Assembly: GCA_963843845.1 (NCBI GenBank)
Contig: CAWJMB010000002.1
Location: forward strand, 1,504,001 to 1,568,000
DNA: 64,000 nt
Origin: an uncultured Gemmatimonadaceae bacterium
GTDB lineage: Bacteria > Gemmatimonadota > Gemmatimonadetes > Gemmatimonadales > Gemmatimonadaceae
Direction: 5' to 3'
The notes under the pieces are model-generated. The model saw only the letters and a program-made list of their open reading frames with translations, had not been told where the DNA came from and made no database searches. The position numbers were made by a program, and so were the translations under genes. Below are positions 19,465-28,488 of this stretch, piece by piece. The first letter of the stretch is position 1. Each line of letters starts with the position of its first letter.

Positions 19465-20421
19465 TTGCCCAGCCACGTGGAGCGATCCGCCCGACTCGTG
19501 CCGATTCGTTCCACGACGAGCGCGCCGAACACGTTCGGCGCGCTCGTTCGCGCCGCGAGGCCGGTGCACTGGGGGAAGAACCTGCTCCTGCTCGTGCCGG
19601 CATTCACCGCGCACGAATGGCGGCACGCGCCCGCAGTTGGCTCCGCACTGTTCGGTGTGCTCGTGTTCTCGCTCGTCGCGTCGGCGACCTATCTGGTGAA
19701 CGACGTGCTCGATGCTCCGGCGGACCGGCTGCATCCGCGGAAGTGCGGCCGGCCGATCGCGTCGGGCGCGGTACCGGCGCGGCTCGCCATGAGCATGGCA
19801 GTGATTCTCGTCGCGGTCGCCGCCGCGGCGACGATCGCGGCGGTGCCGCAGATGCTTTCGACGTTAGGCGTCTACGCGCTGCTCATGACCGCCTACTCCC
19901 TAGTGCTCAAGCGGCTCGTGGTGCTCGATGTCGTCGTGCTCGCGATCGGCTACACGCTGCGACTCGCAGCAGGCGCCGCGGCGGTCCGCGTCGCGCTGTC
20001 TCCGTGGCTCGCCGCGTTCTCGCTGTTCGTCTTCCTCAGTCTCGCACTCCTGAAGCGAGCGTCGGAGCTGCGCGGCGCGGCCACGAGCGCCGGGTCGGGG
20101 TGGACGGACGGCGGACGACTCCGCGGGCGCGGGTACGAGACCGGTGACGCGGACACGGTCACCACACTCGGGGTCGCGACGTCCAGCATCGCAGTCCTCG
20201 TCCTCGCGCTGTACGTGAACGCACCGGAAGTGAGCGCACTGTATCGCCGTCCGCACGTGCTCTGGCTGCTGTGTCCCACGGTCGCATACTGGCAGTTCCG
20301 GTTCTGGATCCTCGCACGCCGCGGCGTCGTGCAGGACGACCCGGTCCTCTTCGCGCTGCGCGACCCACCGAGCCTGTGCGTACTCGCGACGTGCGTGGCG
20401 CTCGTACTGATCGCGCTGTGA
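19465..20421 (+). CDS. UbiA-family prenyltransferase, decaprenyl-phosphate phosphoribosyltransferase (Rv3806c/NoeC-like) type; start may be 19498
   Basis: RPVHWGKNLL, YLVNDVLDAPADRLHPRKCGRPIASG, YSLVLKR, LALLKRASEL, DDPVLFALRD. Confidence 0.85.
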   Translation: MPSHVERSARLVPIRSTTSAPNTFGALVRAARPVHWGKNLLLLVPAFTAHEWRHAPAVGSALFGVLVFSLVASATYLVNDVLDAPADRLHPRKCGRPIASGAVPARLAMSMAVILVAVAAAATIAAVPQMLSTLGVYALLMTAYSLVLKRLVVLDVVVLAIGYTLRLAAGAAAVRVALSPWLAAFSLFVFLSLALLKRASELRGAATSAGSGWTDGGRLRGRGYETGDADTVTTLGVATSSIAVLVLALYVNAPEVSALYRRPHVLWLLCPTVAYWQFRFWILARRGVVQDDPVLFALRDPPSLCVLATCVALVLIAL

Positions 20422-20422
20422 C

Positions 20423-21958
20423 GTGAGATCGGCGGAGACTCCGGCCTGGGAGAGGCGAGCCGCGGTCGGCATCGCGTTAGGCGCCATCGGCGCGATGCAG
20501 TGGACGATCGTCTCCCGCCTTCACAATGCGGCGTTCGTCGACGAGGCCACGTACATCGTCGCGGGCCGCCTGCAACATGCCGCCGACCGAGCGGGTGCGC
20601 TGCCGAACTTCTCGGCGTACTTCTCCGGCGCGCCGGCGCTCTACCCGCCGCTCGCCGCGTGGGCCGATCGACTGGGCGGGCTCGACGGGGCGCGACTGCT
20701 CAACCTCGTCCTCGTGTGGGTCGCCACGCTCGCCGTGTACGCAGTCGGCCGCCGGGTATTCCGCGATCGCGTGGCCGGCGTGCTCGGCGCAGCCGTCTTC
20801 GCCGTCCAGGCGCCGGTGCTGTTCATCGCGCGCATCGCGACGGTCGACGCGCCGAGCGTCGCCGCGTTGGGCCTCGCGCTCGCCGTCGCGCTCGGCGGGC
20901 GGACTGAGCGCGAGCGCGCGCTGTTCGCGTCGCTGGGCGGCGCGCTCGCGGGGCTCGCGGTCGGCTTCAAGTACGCAGCGCTGCTCTACCTGCCGAGCCT
21001 CGTCGTGGTCGTCGCGCTCGCGCCAGGTGGACGTTCGAAGGCCGTGTGCTCACGAGGCCTTCTCGTTCTCGTCGGCACCCTGGTCGCGTGCGGCGCCGTG
21101 GTCGCGTTCGGCGGGCGAGAGCTGATCGACGGGTTCATCTCGACGACCGCGACCCGCCTCGCGCCGAGCGGTGGGAGTGTCGTCGACATCCTGCGCTTCG
21201 CGGCGACGCTTGGGGGGGCGGCCGCGCTCGTGGCGTTGCCGGCGCTGCTCCTATCCTCGCCGGTGAGCGTCGTGACGCGCGTCGTGCTCTTCGCCACCGC
21301 GTTCCTCGCGCCGATGTACCATGCGCGGCTGCACGAGTTCACATCGCTGCACAAGCACGTCGCGTTCGGGGCGCTCTTCCTCGCCCCGCTCGCCGGCGGC
21401 TCTCTGGGGGCTGGTGTGAAGTGGATGGTGGCGCAGTGGCGACGCGGGCACGGCATGTTCGCGTCTGGAGTCGCCGCGGCGGTCGCGCTCCTCTCCTACC
21501 GTAGCGTGCTCCGCCCCTCCGTCGTCTGGGCCGAGCGGCTCTACGCGTACGCGCCGCAGCCGGCCGGCGTCGCTCGGTTGGCGGTGCGGTCGTTCGTCAC
21601 ACGCGATTCGCACATCCTCGACGAAGAACCCGACCTCGGCGCGTTCTATCTGCCCGAGACGGCGTACGCGCAATGGTCGCATCCGTACGACTTCGTGTAT
21701 CACGCGAGCGACGGACGCTCGTTGCGAGGGAGGGAGGGGCACCTCGAAGCCGTGCGCGCGGGGTACTTCGACGTCGTGCTGCTGCGATACGGGCCGCAGC
21801 GAGCGTGGGCACGGGCGGTCGAAGCCGAACTCCTCGCGTCGCAGCCACGCTATCGGCTCGCGCGACGGTTTCCCTTCACGCTCGACGACGGGGCCGGTCA
21901 CTTCGAGTTGTGGGTCCGGAGCGACTCGGCTAGAACGCGTGACGAACACCGACGCTGA
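20423..21958 (+). CDS. GT-C fold membrane glycosyltransferase (PMT_2/ArnT/GT39-like), paralog of 16813-18618
   Basis: FVDEATY, YFSGAPALYPPL, ARIATVD, FKY, GYFDVVLL; multiple TM helices. Confidence 0.8.
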   Translation: MRSAETPAWERRAAVGIALGAIGAMQWTIVSRLHNAAFVDEATYIVAGRLQHAADRAGALPNFSAYFSGAPALYPPLAAWADRLGGLDGARLLNLVLVWVATLAVYAVGRRVFRDRVAGVLGAAVFAVQAPVLFIARIATVDAPSVAALGLALAVALGGRTERERALFASLGGALAGLAVGFKYAALLYLPSLVVVVALAPGGRSKAVCSRGLLVLVGTLVACGAVVAFGGRELIDGFISTTATRLAPSGGSVVDILRFAATLGGAAALVALPALLLSSPVSVVTRVVLFATAFLAPMYHARLHEFTSLHKHVAFGALFLAPLAGGSLGAGVKWMVAQWRRGHGMFASGVAAAVALLSYRSVLRPSVVWAERLYAYAPQPAGVARLAVRSFVTRDSHILDEEPDLGAFYLPETAYAQWSHPYDFVYHASDGRSLRGREGHLEAVRAGYFDVVLLRYGPQRAWARAVEAELLASQPRYRLARRFPFTLDDGAGHFELWVRSDSARTRDEHRR

Positions 21959-24900
21959 ACTGGCGCGCCTGATACGTTGCGAGGTTGTCGAGGTAGAGAG
22001 CACCGGCGGTGAGGTCCCATCCGTCGCGTCCGATCCACCGCGCTTCGCCGCTCGCAGCGACGTTGAACGGTCGGTCGCCGGTCGCACGCCCCGCCATCAG
22101 GCGACCCAGCGAGGCGTCGGCTCGCAGCGTGAGGCGTCCCGTCGCAGCCTGTGACGCGCCGAGTCGCGCGAATGCGTTGCCGAAGCGGCGCGGGCTCCAG
22201 TAGCCTCCGATCTCGTTCGAAGGCGCGGCGTTCGCGGGCCGGTTCGCATCGTACAGGAAGGACAGATACGAGACACCGAGTCCCGCGTCGATCGTCGACC
22301 CGCCGAACGAGGCCGACCGCACCACGGCGAGCGAGCCCTCGCGCCGCGCGTTCGTTCGCAGGCGCCTGCCGGTGTACGCGCCGACGTTGAACGATGCGTC
22401 GAGGCGGACGGTACCCGGCACGACAGCGATGCGTCCGCTCGCGAACAGCGAGTTCGCGCGAACCTGCCCGACGAGCACACCGTCGTCGCTCACGCCGCGA
22501 GCTGCGCGGCGCGAATCTTCGACCGCGCTGCGACGCGCGCCGACGTGCAGCGAGCCACCGTGAGACAGCGGGGTGGTCGCCGACAGCTCGCCGCTCCACG
22601 CGGTCGGCGCGTCGTCGTATCGCTCGACACCGAGCTGGCCATGCAGCGATGCAGCGCCTCGCGCGGGCACATCGATCGACGCGATGCCGGCGTGCGAGCG
22701 GAAATCGCCATTCGGCGCGCTGAACGTGGTGGGCTGCACCACGAGACCGACACGCACGGCGTTCGGCAGTGCGGCAGACGCGGTGGCCGCGAGGCGGAAG
22801 AGCTCCAGGCCCAGCGACGTGCGAACGTAGCTGACGTCGATGCCGACCGCAGGCGCCGTCGCACGTCGGACCCAGTCGCTCGCCGCCGGCGTGGACCCGC
22901 GCGGGAGCGACGCCGCGGTCGTGCGGGCCGCGCGGGCGTCACCGGCGGCGAGCAGGGCGTACGCGAGTTGCTCGCGCAACGTCGAATCCTCCGGGAACGC
23001 CGTGAGAAGCGCGCGAAGCACCGACACGGCGTCACGCGGGCGACCCGTCGCGCGCAGGAGGCTCGCGCGAACGCGCTGGAGGCTCGTGTCGGAGGGCGCC
23101 GTCGCGAGCAACGAGTCGGCGAGGCGGCGGGCCGCCGCGGTTCGCCCGCTCCAGGTGAGCACGTTCAGCCGCCCGCGTGCGGCGCGCCGATCGGTAGGGG
23201 CGAGCCGCTGGGCGCGGGCGTAGAGACGCGTCGCCTCCTCGCGCGTCTGCGGGGACCACGACAGCACGTCTCCCGCGTCGTCGAGCAGCGCGACGTCGGT
23301 CGGTGACGCGGCGACGAGGGTGCGGTAGAGCGTGATCGACTCGCGACGGGTGGCGGGAGACCAACTCAGCACGGCGGCCAGCGCGCGGCGAGCATGCTCG
23401 TCGTGCGGGTCACGTGCTACCGCAGCTCGCAGCAGCGCCGATCCCTCGTTCCGCGAGTCGACGCGCCACGTGAGAATCTCGCCGAGGGTCGTGGTCCATC
23501 GCGACGAGTCCGGCGCGAGCGCGACCGCGCGCCGGAGGTGCGCCACGCTCGAGTCGATCGCGCCGGTCCAGCCGAGCCACTGACCGAGGCGGAACAGTGC
23601 GATGGGGTCGGTCGGGAGCGCGCGCGCGAGCCGGCGCGCGTACGGCAGCGCGCGCTCCCATTCGCCCCGCCCCTCGAGGAGCGTCGTGACCTCTCGCAGC
23701 GCGGGCACGGCGAGCGAGTCGCGCCGCAGCACGTCGTCGTAGCGTGCGATGGCGACCGCGACGTCACCGCGGGCCGCAGCGGCGCGCGCCTCGGCGAGCG
23801 CATCGGCGCGTGCCGCGTCGACGTTCTGCGCGTTCGCGGACGACGTCGCGAACGTGGCGCACGCGAGCACCACCGCTGTGGCACGCGAGACGGCGCGCGC
23901 CGCGACATCGAACGCGTCCGGCTGATTCGCCGCGGTGATCGTCAGCAGGCGGCCGTGCTTCGGCGCGACGTCGAGGAACATGTGCCGCATGATCGCGTCG
24001 CCGTCCGCGGCGGTCGTGAGCAGGAACCGAATGCCGTTCGCGTAGCGCGGCCGCCCCTCGTGCACGAACCGCTCGGTCCAGGCGACCTGCCCGAACGCGA
24101 CGACCGCACGATCGGGGAGCGACAACGTGACGCGCGCGAAGGTGCCGGGATGCAGCGACTCGTCGAGTGTCACCGACAGCCCGCTCCGATTCACGTTCCG
24201 CGCGAACGTGCGTCCGCGCACCCCGGCGCGTCCGTCCGCGGTGAGACGCTGCAGGTCGAACGCGACGTCGAGGTCCAGCTCCTGCGGAAACCGATACGTC
24301 GTACGCAACTCGCGCCGCTCGAAGATGCGGCTCACGCCCGGCGCCGCGACGGCGAAATAGTAGATGCCGAAGCACGCGGTCACGATATACGCCCAGAAGC
24401 GCCCCGTGTCGCGCGTCTCGAGCGCGACGACCACGGCGTACAGCGTCGCAGCGTAGACACTGCCTAACAGCGCGACGTAGAGCCACGCCTGCCGGAAGTC
24501 GGCTGCCGGTGCCCGCGACTTCGGCGTGACGCGGAACTCGGTGTCGCGCTGGAAGTAGCCCGACATCGCGGCGAGCGTCGCGTAGATCTTCACGAAGTTG
24601 TACCGCTCCATCAGGAACGGCGTCCGCCAGCTCGACGACAGCACGGTCGCGACCGCGAGGTTCGCGAACAGGTACGGCAGGTAGTGGCTCGCGTAGTCGA
24701 ACGGCAGCGCGAGGAGCGGGAAGATGCCGGTGAACGCGGCGAACACCACGGTCAGCACGCTGACGAGTCGCACGTAGCTGAAGGCGACGTTGTACTCGTA
24801 CGATGCGAGGTACGAGAAACGCTGGGCCGGCGTCAGCCCGCGTCGGGTGAGGGGTCGCTCGAGTCGGAGCACTTGCGTGGACCCGACGCCCCACCGTCGC

Positions 24901-25841
24901 CACTGCGCGGCGTACCCGACGAAGGTCTGCGGCGCGAGTCCGCGCGCCACGCTGACGTTGTGATAGAGCACGCGCCAGCCACGCTTCTGCAGGCGCATCC
25001 CCGTATGCAGATCCTCGGTGATCGTACCGGTCGCGAAGCCGCCGATGCTATCGAGAGCGGCGCGACGCAGCATCGCGGGGCTTCCGCAGTAGATCGTCGC
25101 GTTCGCCACGTCCTTCCCGGGCTGGATGACGTTGAAGAACAGCTCCTGCATCTGCCAGCCGGTGCGTCCGCGCCAGTTCACCTCGTGCTGGAACGAATCG
25201 AGGTTGTAGCAGTCCTGATTGGCCTGGACGATCGCGACGGACGGCTCGCGGAAGAAGCCGATCAACTCGTCGACGAGTGTCGGACGCGGTACGTGGTCCG
25301 CGTCGAGCGTGACCACGAACTCGGCGCGGCTGCTCGACAGGCCGTTGTTGAGGTTCCCCGCCTTCGCGTGCTCGCGAGACGCTCGGCCGATGTACTCGCA
25401 GCCCAGGTCGCGAGCGAGCGCGGCCACCTCGGCGCGATCGCCGTCGTCGAGCAGCAGCGTGCGGTGCGGATAGGTGACCGCGAGCGCCGCGGCGATCGTG
25501 TCGCGGAGGAGCTCCCCGGGCTCGTCGTAGGTCGTGATGAAGACGTCGACGGAGCGGTCGTCGAGCGGCGGTGGCGTGCGGTAGTAGCGCTGGCGCCACG
25601 TCGTGGCGAGGAAGAACAGCGTGGACAGAAAGCCGACCGCCTCGGCGACGAGGAAGACGACGTAGAACCAGTGGTGCGCCGGGTTGTCGGTCTCGGCGAA
25701 GCGCCACCACAGGTATCGCACGCCGAACGCGCCTGCAGCGAGGGCGAGGACGCGTTGCAGGACGAGCTGCGCGCGGGGGCGTGGCAGTTCCTCGATCGCG
25801 ACCTGCGTCTCAGGCACGGGAGCCGGATCGAGCTCGGGCAT
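21930..25841 (-). CDS. Cellulose synthase-like GT2 (BcsA) with PilZ, fused to a signal-like segment, TPR repeats and a putative outer-membrane beta-barrel (BcsC-like)
   Basis: DVFITTYDE, LLDDG, HAKAGNLN, DADH, TED, QWRRW, FRVTPK gating loop, RxxxR of PilZ, repeated helical xLxW TPR-like units, C-terminal FSVGVRHAF. Confidence 0.85.
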   Translation of the reverse strand: MPELDPAPVPETQVAIEELPRPRAQLVLQRVLALAAGAFGVRYLWWRFAETDNPAHHWFYVVFLVAEAVGFLSTLFFLATTWRQRYYRTPPPLDDRSVDVFITTYDEPGELLRDTIAAALAVTYPHRTLLLDDGDRAEVAALARDLGCEYIGRASREHAKAGNLNNGLSSSRAEFVVTLDADHVPRPTLVDELIGFFREPSVAIVQANQDCYNLDSFQHEVNWRGRTGWQMQELFFNVIQPGKDVANATIYCGSPAMLRRAALDSIGGFATGTITEDLHTGMRLQKRGWRVLYHNVSVARGLAPQTFVGYAAQWRRWGVGSTQVLRLERPLTRRGLTPAQRFSYLASYEYNVAFSYVRLVSVLTVVFAAFTGIFPLLALPFDYASHYLPYLFANLAVATVLSSSWRTPFLMERYNFVKIYATLAAMSGYFQRDTEFRVTPKSRAPAADFRQAWLYVALLGSVYAATLYAVVVALETRDTGRFWAYIVTACFGIYYFAVAAPGVSRIFERRELRTTYRFPQELDLDVAFDLQRLTADGRAGVRGRTFARNVNRSGLSVTLDESLHPGTFARVTLSLPDRAVVAFGQVAWTERFVHEGRPRYANGIRFLLTTAADGDAIMRHMFLDVAPKHGRLLTITAANQPDAFDVAARAVSRATAVVLACATFATSSANAQNVDAARADALAEARAAAARGDVAVAIARYDDVLRRDSLAVPALREVTTLLEGRGEWERALPYARRLARALPTDPIALFRLGQWLGWTGAIDSSVAHLRRAVALAPDSSRWTTTLGEILTWRVDSRNEGSALLRAAVARDPHDEHARRALAAVLSWSPATRRESITLYRTLVAASPTDVALLDDAGDVLSWSPQTREEATRLYARAQRLAPTDRRAARGRLNVLTWSGRTAAARRLADSLLATAPSDTSLQRVRASLLRATGRPRDAVSVLRALLTAFPEDSTLREQLAYALLAAGDARAARTTAASLPRGSTPAASDWVRRATAPAVGIDVSYVRTSLGLELFRLAATASAALPNAVRVGLVVQPTTFSAPNGDFRSHAGIASIDVPARGAASLHGQLGVERYDDAPTAWSGELSATTPLSHGGSLHVGARRSAVEDSRRAARGVSDDGVLVGQVRANSLFASGRIAVVPGTVRLDASFNVGAYTGRRLRTNARREGSLAVVRSASFGGSTIDAGLGVSYLSFLYDANRPANAAPSNEIGGYWSPRRFGNAFARLGASQAATGRLTLRADASLGRLMAGRATGDRPFNVAASGEARWIGRDGWDLTAGALYLDNLATYQARQFSVGVRHAF

Positions 25842-26009
25842 CGGGCGGCGGCGAGGTGTGGGGACGTCGGCCAGCGGCACGCCGCCGAGCGCGCCGACGC
25901 GCCGCACGTCCCCGACGCGCGAGTGAGCCGCCCACCGGGTGACCGGCGCTGCCTAAAGTAGAGGTACGCGTCAGACGAGCCTAGAGGAGGTTGCTTCCTC
26001 TGGTGATCC

Positions 26010-28454
26010 ATGTCGTACTCGCGCGCATCGGTACCCGTCCCCTCCTCCCGTCGGTCGTCATCGTTCGCGCGCTGGGCGGTGTTCGGCGGCCTGACGCTGA
26101 CGGCGTCGTGCGACGACGGCGCGCGCATCGCCGCACCGCGCGAGGTCTCGTCGCCGACGGCGAGCGCGGTGACGCGAGAGCCCACCACGCGCTGGTCCGA
26201 TCCGGCGTCATGGCCGGGTCGTCGCGTGCCGTCGGACGGCGAGGCCGTCGTCATCGCGGCGGGGCGGACGATCGTGCTCGACACGATCTCGGCGGCCCTC
26301 GCGTCGCTGCGGATCGACGGTGCATTGGTGCTCGACGGGACACGCGTCGAGCTTCGTAGCCATTCGATCCTCGTCACAGGTGCGTTGCGCGCCGGCACCG
26401 AGCGATCGCCGATCGTCGGAGCCGTCGCGATCACCCTGCTCGGCGCCACCGAATCGGCAGACCAGGATGGCATGTCGGCGAAGGCGCTCATCGTCGCCGG
26501 CGGCCGGCTCGACCTGCACGGTTCGCGCGCGCCGGCGTGGACGCGGCTGAGTGCAACGGCGAACGCGGGCGCCGACCGGATCGCCCTCGAGCGCGACCCG
26601 CAGTGGCACGTCGGTGATCGCCTCGTCGTCGCGTCGACGGACTACGATCCGGCGCACGCGGAGGAGCGCACGATCACGCGTATCGATGGCGCGAGCGTGC
26701 ACCTCGATCGGCCGCTCGCGTACACCCACTGGGGCACGATGCAACGCTTCGGCGGCCGGCGCCTCGACGAGCGCGCCGAAGTCGGTCGCCTCTCGAGAAA
26801 CGTCGTCGTTCGTGGCGACAGCGCGTCCGAGCGCGGCGGCGTCGGCGGACATCTCATGATCCTGCCCGGGAGCACCGTGCACATATCCGACGTCGAGCTG
26901 CATCGCATGGGACAGCGCGGTCGGACGGCGCGGTATCCGATTCACTGGCATCTCGCGCGCGACGCGGCGGGAAGCTACGTGCGCCGCACGGCAGTGTGGC
27001 GCAGCTACAATCGGTGCATCACGATCCACGGCACCGACGCCGTCCGCCTCGAAGACAACGTGTGCTACGATCACGCGGGGCACGGCTTCTTCTTCGAGGA
27101 CGGCGTCGAGGAGCGCAACGTCCTCGCCGGCAACCTCGGCCTCCGCACCCGGCGTCCGTCCCCGGCGGCTCGGCTCCTCGCGTCCGACGAGCGCGCGGCC
27201 ACGTTCTGGGTCACGAATCCCAACAATGTGTTGCGCGACAACGTCGCCGCGGGGTCGGAGGGATTCGGGATCTGGTACGCGCTTCCCGAGCATCCCGGTG
27301 GTCTCTCCGCGACGACGCGTGTCTGGCCGCGGCGGATCCCGTTAGGCACCTTCGACGGGAATCGCGCGCACTCCAACATCCAGTCGGGACTCTGGGTGGA
27401 CGAGGGCGCGAATTCGGCCGGCGCCAGCGAAGTCACCGTGTACGCGCCGAGCGCGGTCGACGGAGCGCCGGCGCCAGCCGTGTTCCGCGGCTTCGTCGGA
27501 TACAAGAATCGGCAGTTCGGCGCGTGGCTTCGTGGGCGCGCGCTCCGCCTGACGGGTGCGACCCTCGGTGACAACATGGTCGGCGCCGCGTTCGCCGCGT
27601 CGGACGCGTCGCTCGACGACGCCCTCGTGGTCGGACGTAGCGCGAACGCCGAGCGAAATCCGGACGCGTGGTCGCCGACGCACGGCTTCTGGTTCTACGA
27701 CGGGCGTGTCGGTGTGCGCCACACCACGTTCGCATCCTTCGTGTCGACGCCCACCGACGCCGCGCGCGCTCTCGCGTTCTTCCCGAGCAACCCGTGGCCG
27801 ATCGACGCGACGAACTACGTCAGCGGTCTGGAATTCGTGAACGCCGAACGTGTCGCACTCGAGCGTCCGAGCCCGGCCTTCGACGGAACGAAGTCTGCGG
27901 TCATCGTCGACGAGGACGGCACGCTGAGCGGCACGGTCGGCGCGCGCGTCGTGCCGAACACGCCGTTCCTCGTCGACTCGTCGTGCATCGTCCGCGCCGA
28001 GTGGATGGCGGCAGTGTGTGCGACGCGGATGGTGCAGCTCCGTTTCCACGTCGGCGAAGGCACGCTCGGCCGCGTCGTCGTCGGTCGCGACGATGGCGCG
28101 TCGGTCGACGTCGGCCCGATCGCGTATGACCGCACGACCGCCTCGCTCACGGTTCCCGTCGGGCGCCCGCTCGAGGTGACTGCGGACGTCGCACCGAGGC
28201 GCCCGATCTCCGTCGCGGCGGTCGGTCTCGCGGACGGCGACGTGCTGGACGTGCTGCTGCCCTACGCCGCTGCGCCGTCGCGAGTCGTGCGCGTCGGCGG
28301 GAGCGACGGCGGAAGCACGGTCGTCCCGATCGTCGCAGCCGCTGTCGCAGCGCAGTGCCGCGACTGCGCGTCGTACGACGCGTCGCAGGGGCGCCTGCGC
28401 GTCCGGCTGGCGCGTCTGCGCGGCGTCGATCCGGCTGTGATCGTCGTTCCATGA
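26010..28454 (+). CDS. G8-domain / CEMIP-TMEM2-like beta-helix lipoprotein
   Basis: Lipobox LTASC; WSDPASWP G8 start; RAEVGRLSRN, MGQRG..RYPIHWH, RCITIHGT, GHGFFFEDG, FWVTNPNN. Confidence 0.8.
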   Translation: MSYSRASVPVPSSRRSSSFARWAVFGGLTLTASCDDGARIAAPREVSSPTASAVTREPTTRWSDPASWPGRRVPSDGEAVVIAAGRTIVLDTISAALASLRIDGALVLDGTRVELRSHSILVTGALRAGTERSPIVGAVAITLLGATESADQDGMSAKALIVAGGRLDLHGSRAPAWTRLSATANAGADRIALERDPQWHVGDRLVVASTDYDPAHAEERTITRIDGASVHLDRPLAYTHWGTMQRFGGRRLDERAEVGRLSRNVVVRGDSASERGGVGGHLMILPGSTVHISDVELHRMGQRGRTARYPIHWHLARDAAGSYVRRTAVWRSYNRCITIHGTDAVRLEDNVCYDHAGHGFFFEDGVEERNVLAGNLGLRTRRPSPAARLLASDERAATFWVTNPNNVLRDNVAAGSEGFGIWYALPEHPGGLSATTRVWPRRIPLGTFDGNRAHSNIQSGLWVDEGANSAGASEVTVYAPSAVDGAPAPAVFRGFVGYKNRQFGAWLRGRALRLTGATLGDNMVGAAFAASDASLDDALVVGRSANAERNPDAWSPTHGFWFYDGRVGVRHTTFASFVSTPTDAARALAFFPSNPWPIDATNYVSGLEFVNAERVALERPSPAFDGTKSAVIVDEDGTLSGTVGARVVPNTPFLVDSSCIVRAEWMAAVCATRMVQLRFHVGEGTLGRVVVGRDDGASVDVGPIAYDRTTASLTVPVGRPLEVTADVAPRRPISVAAVGLADGDVLDVLLPYAAAPSRVVRVGGSDGGSTVVPIVAAAVAAQCRDCASYDASQGRLRVRLARLRGVDPAVIVVP

Positions 28455-28488
28455 CGCGTCACGGGACGACGCCCGCGGCCCCGCGCCC

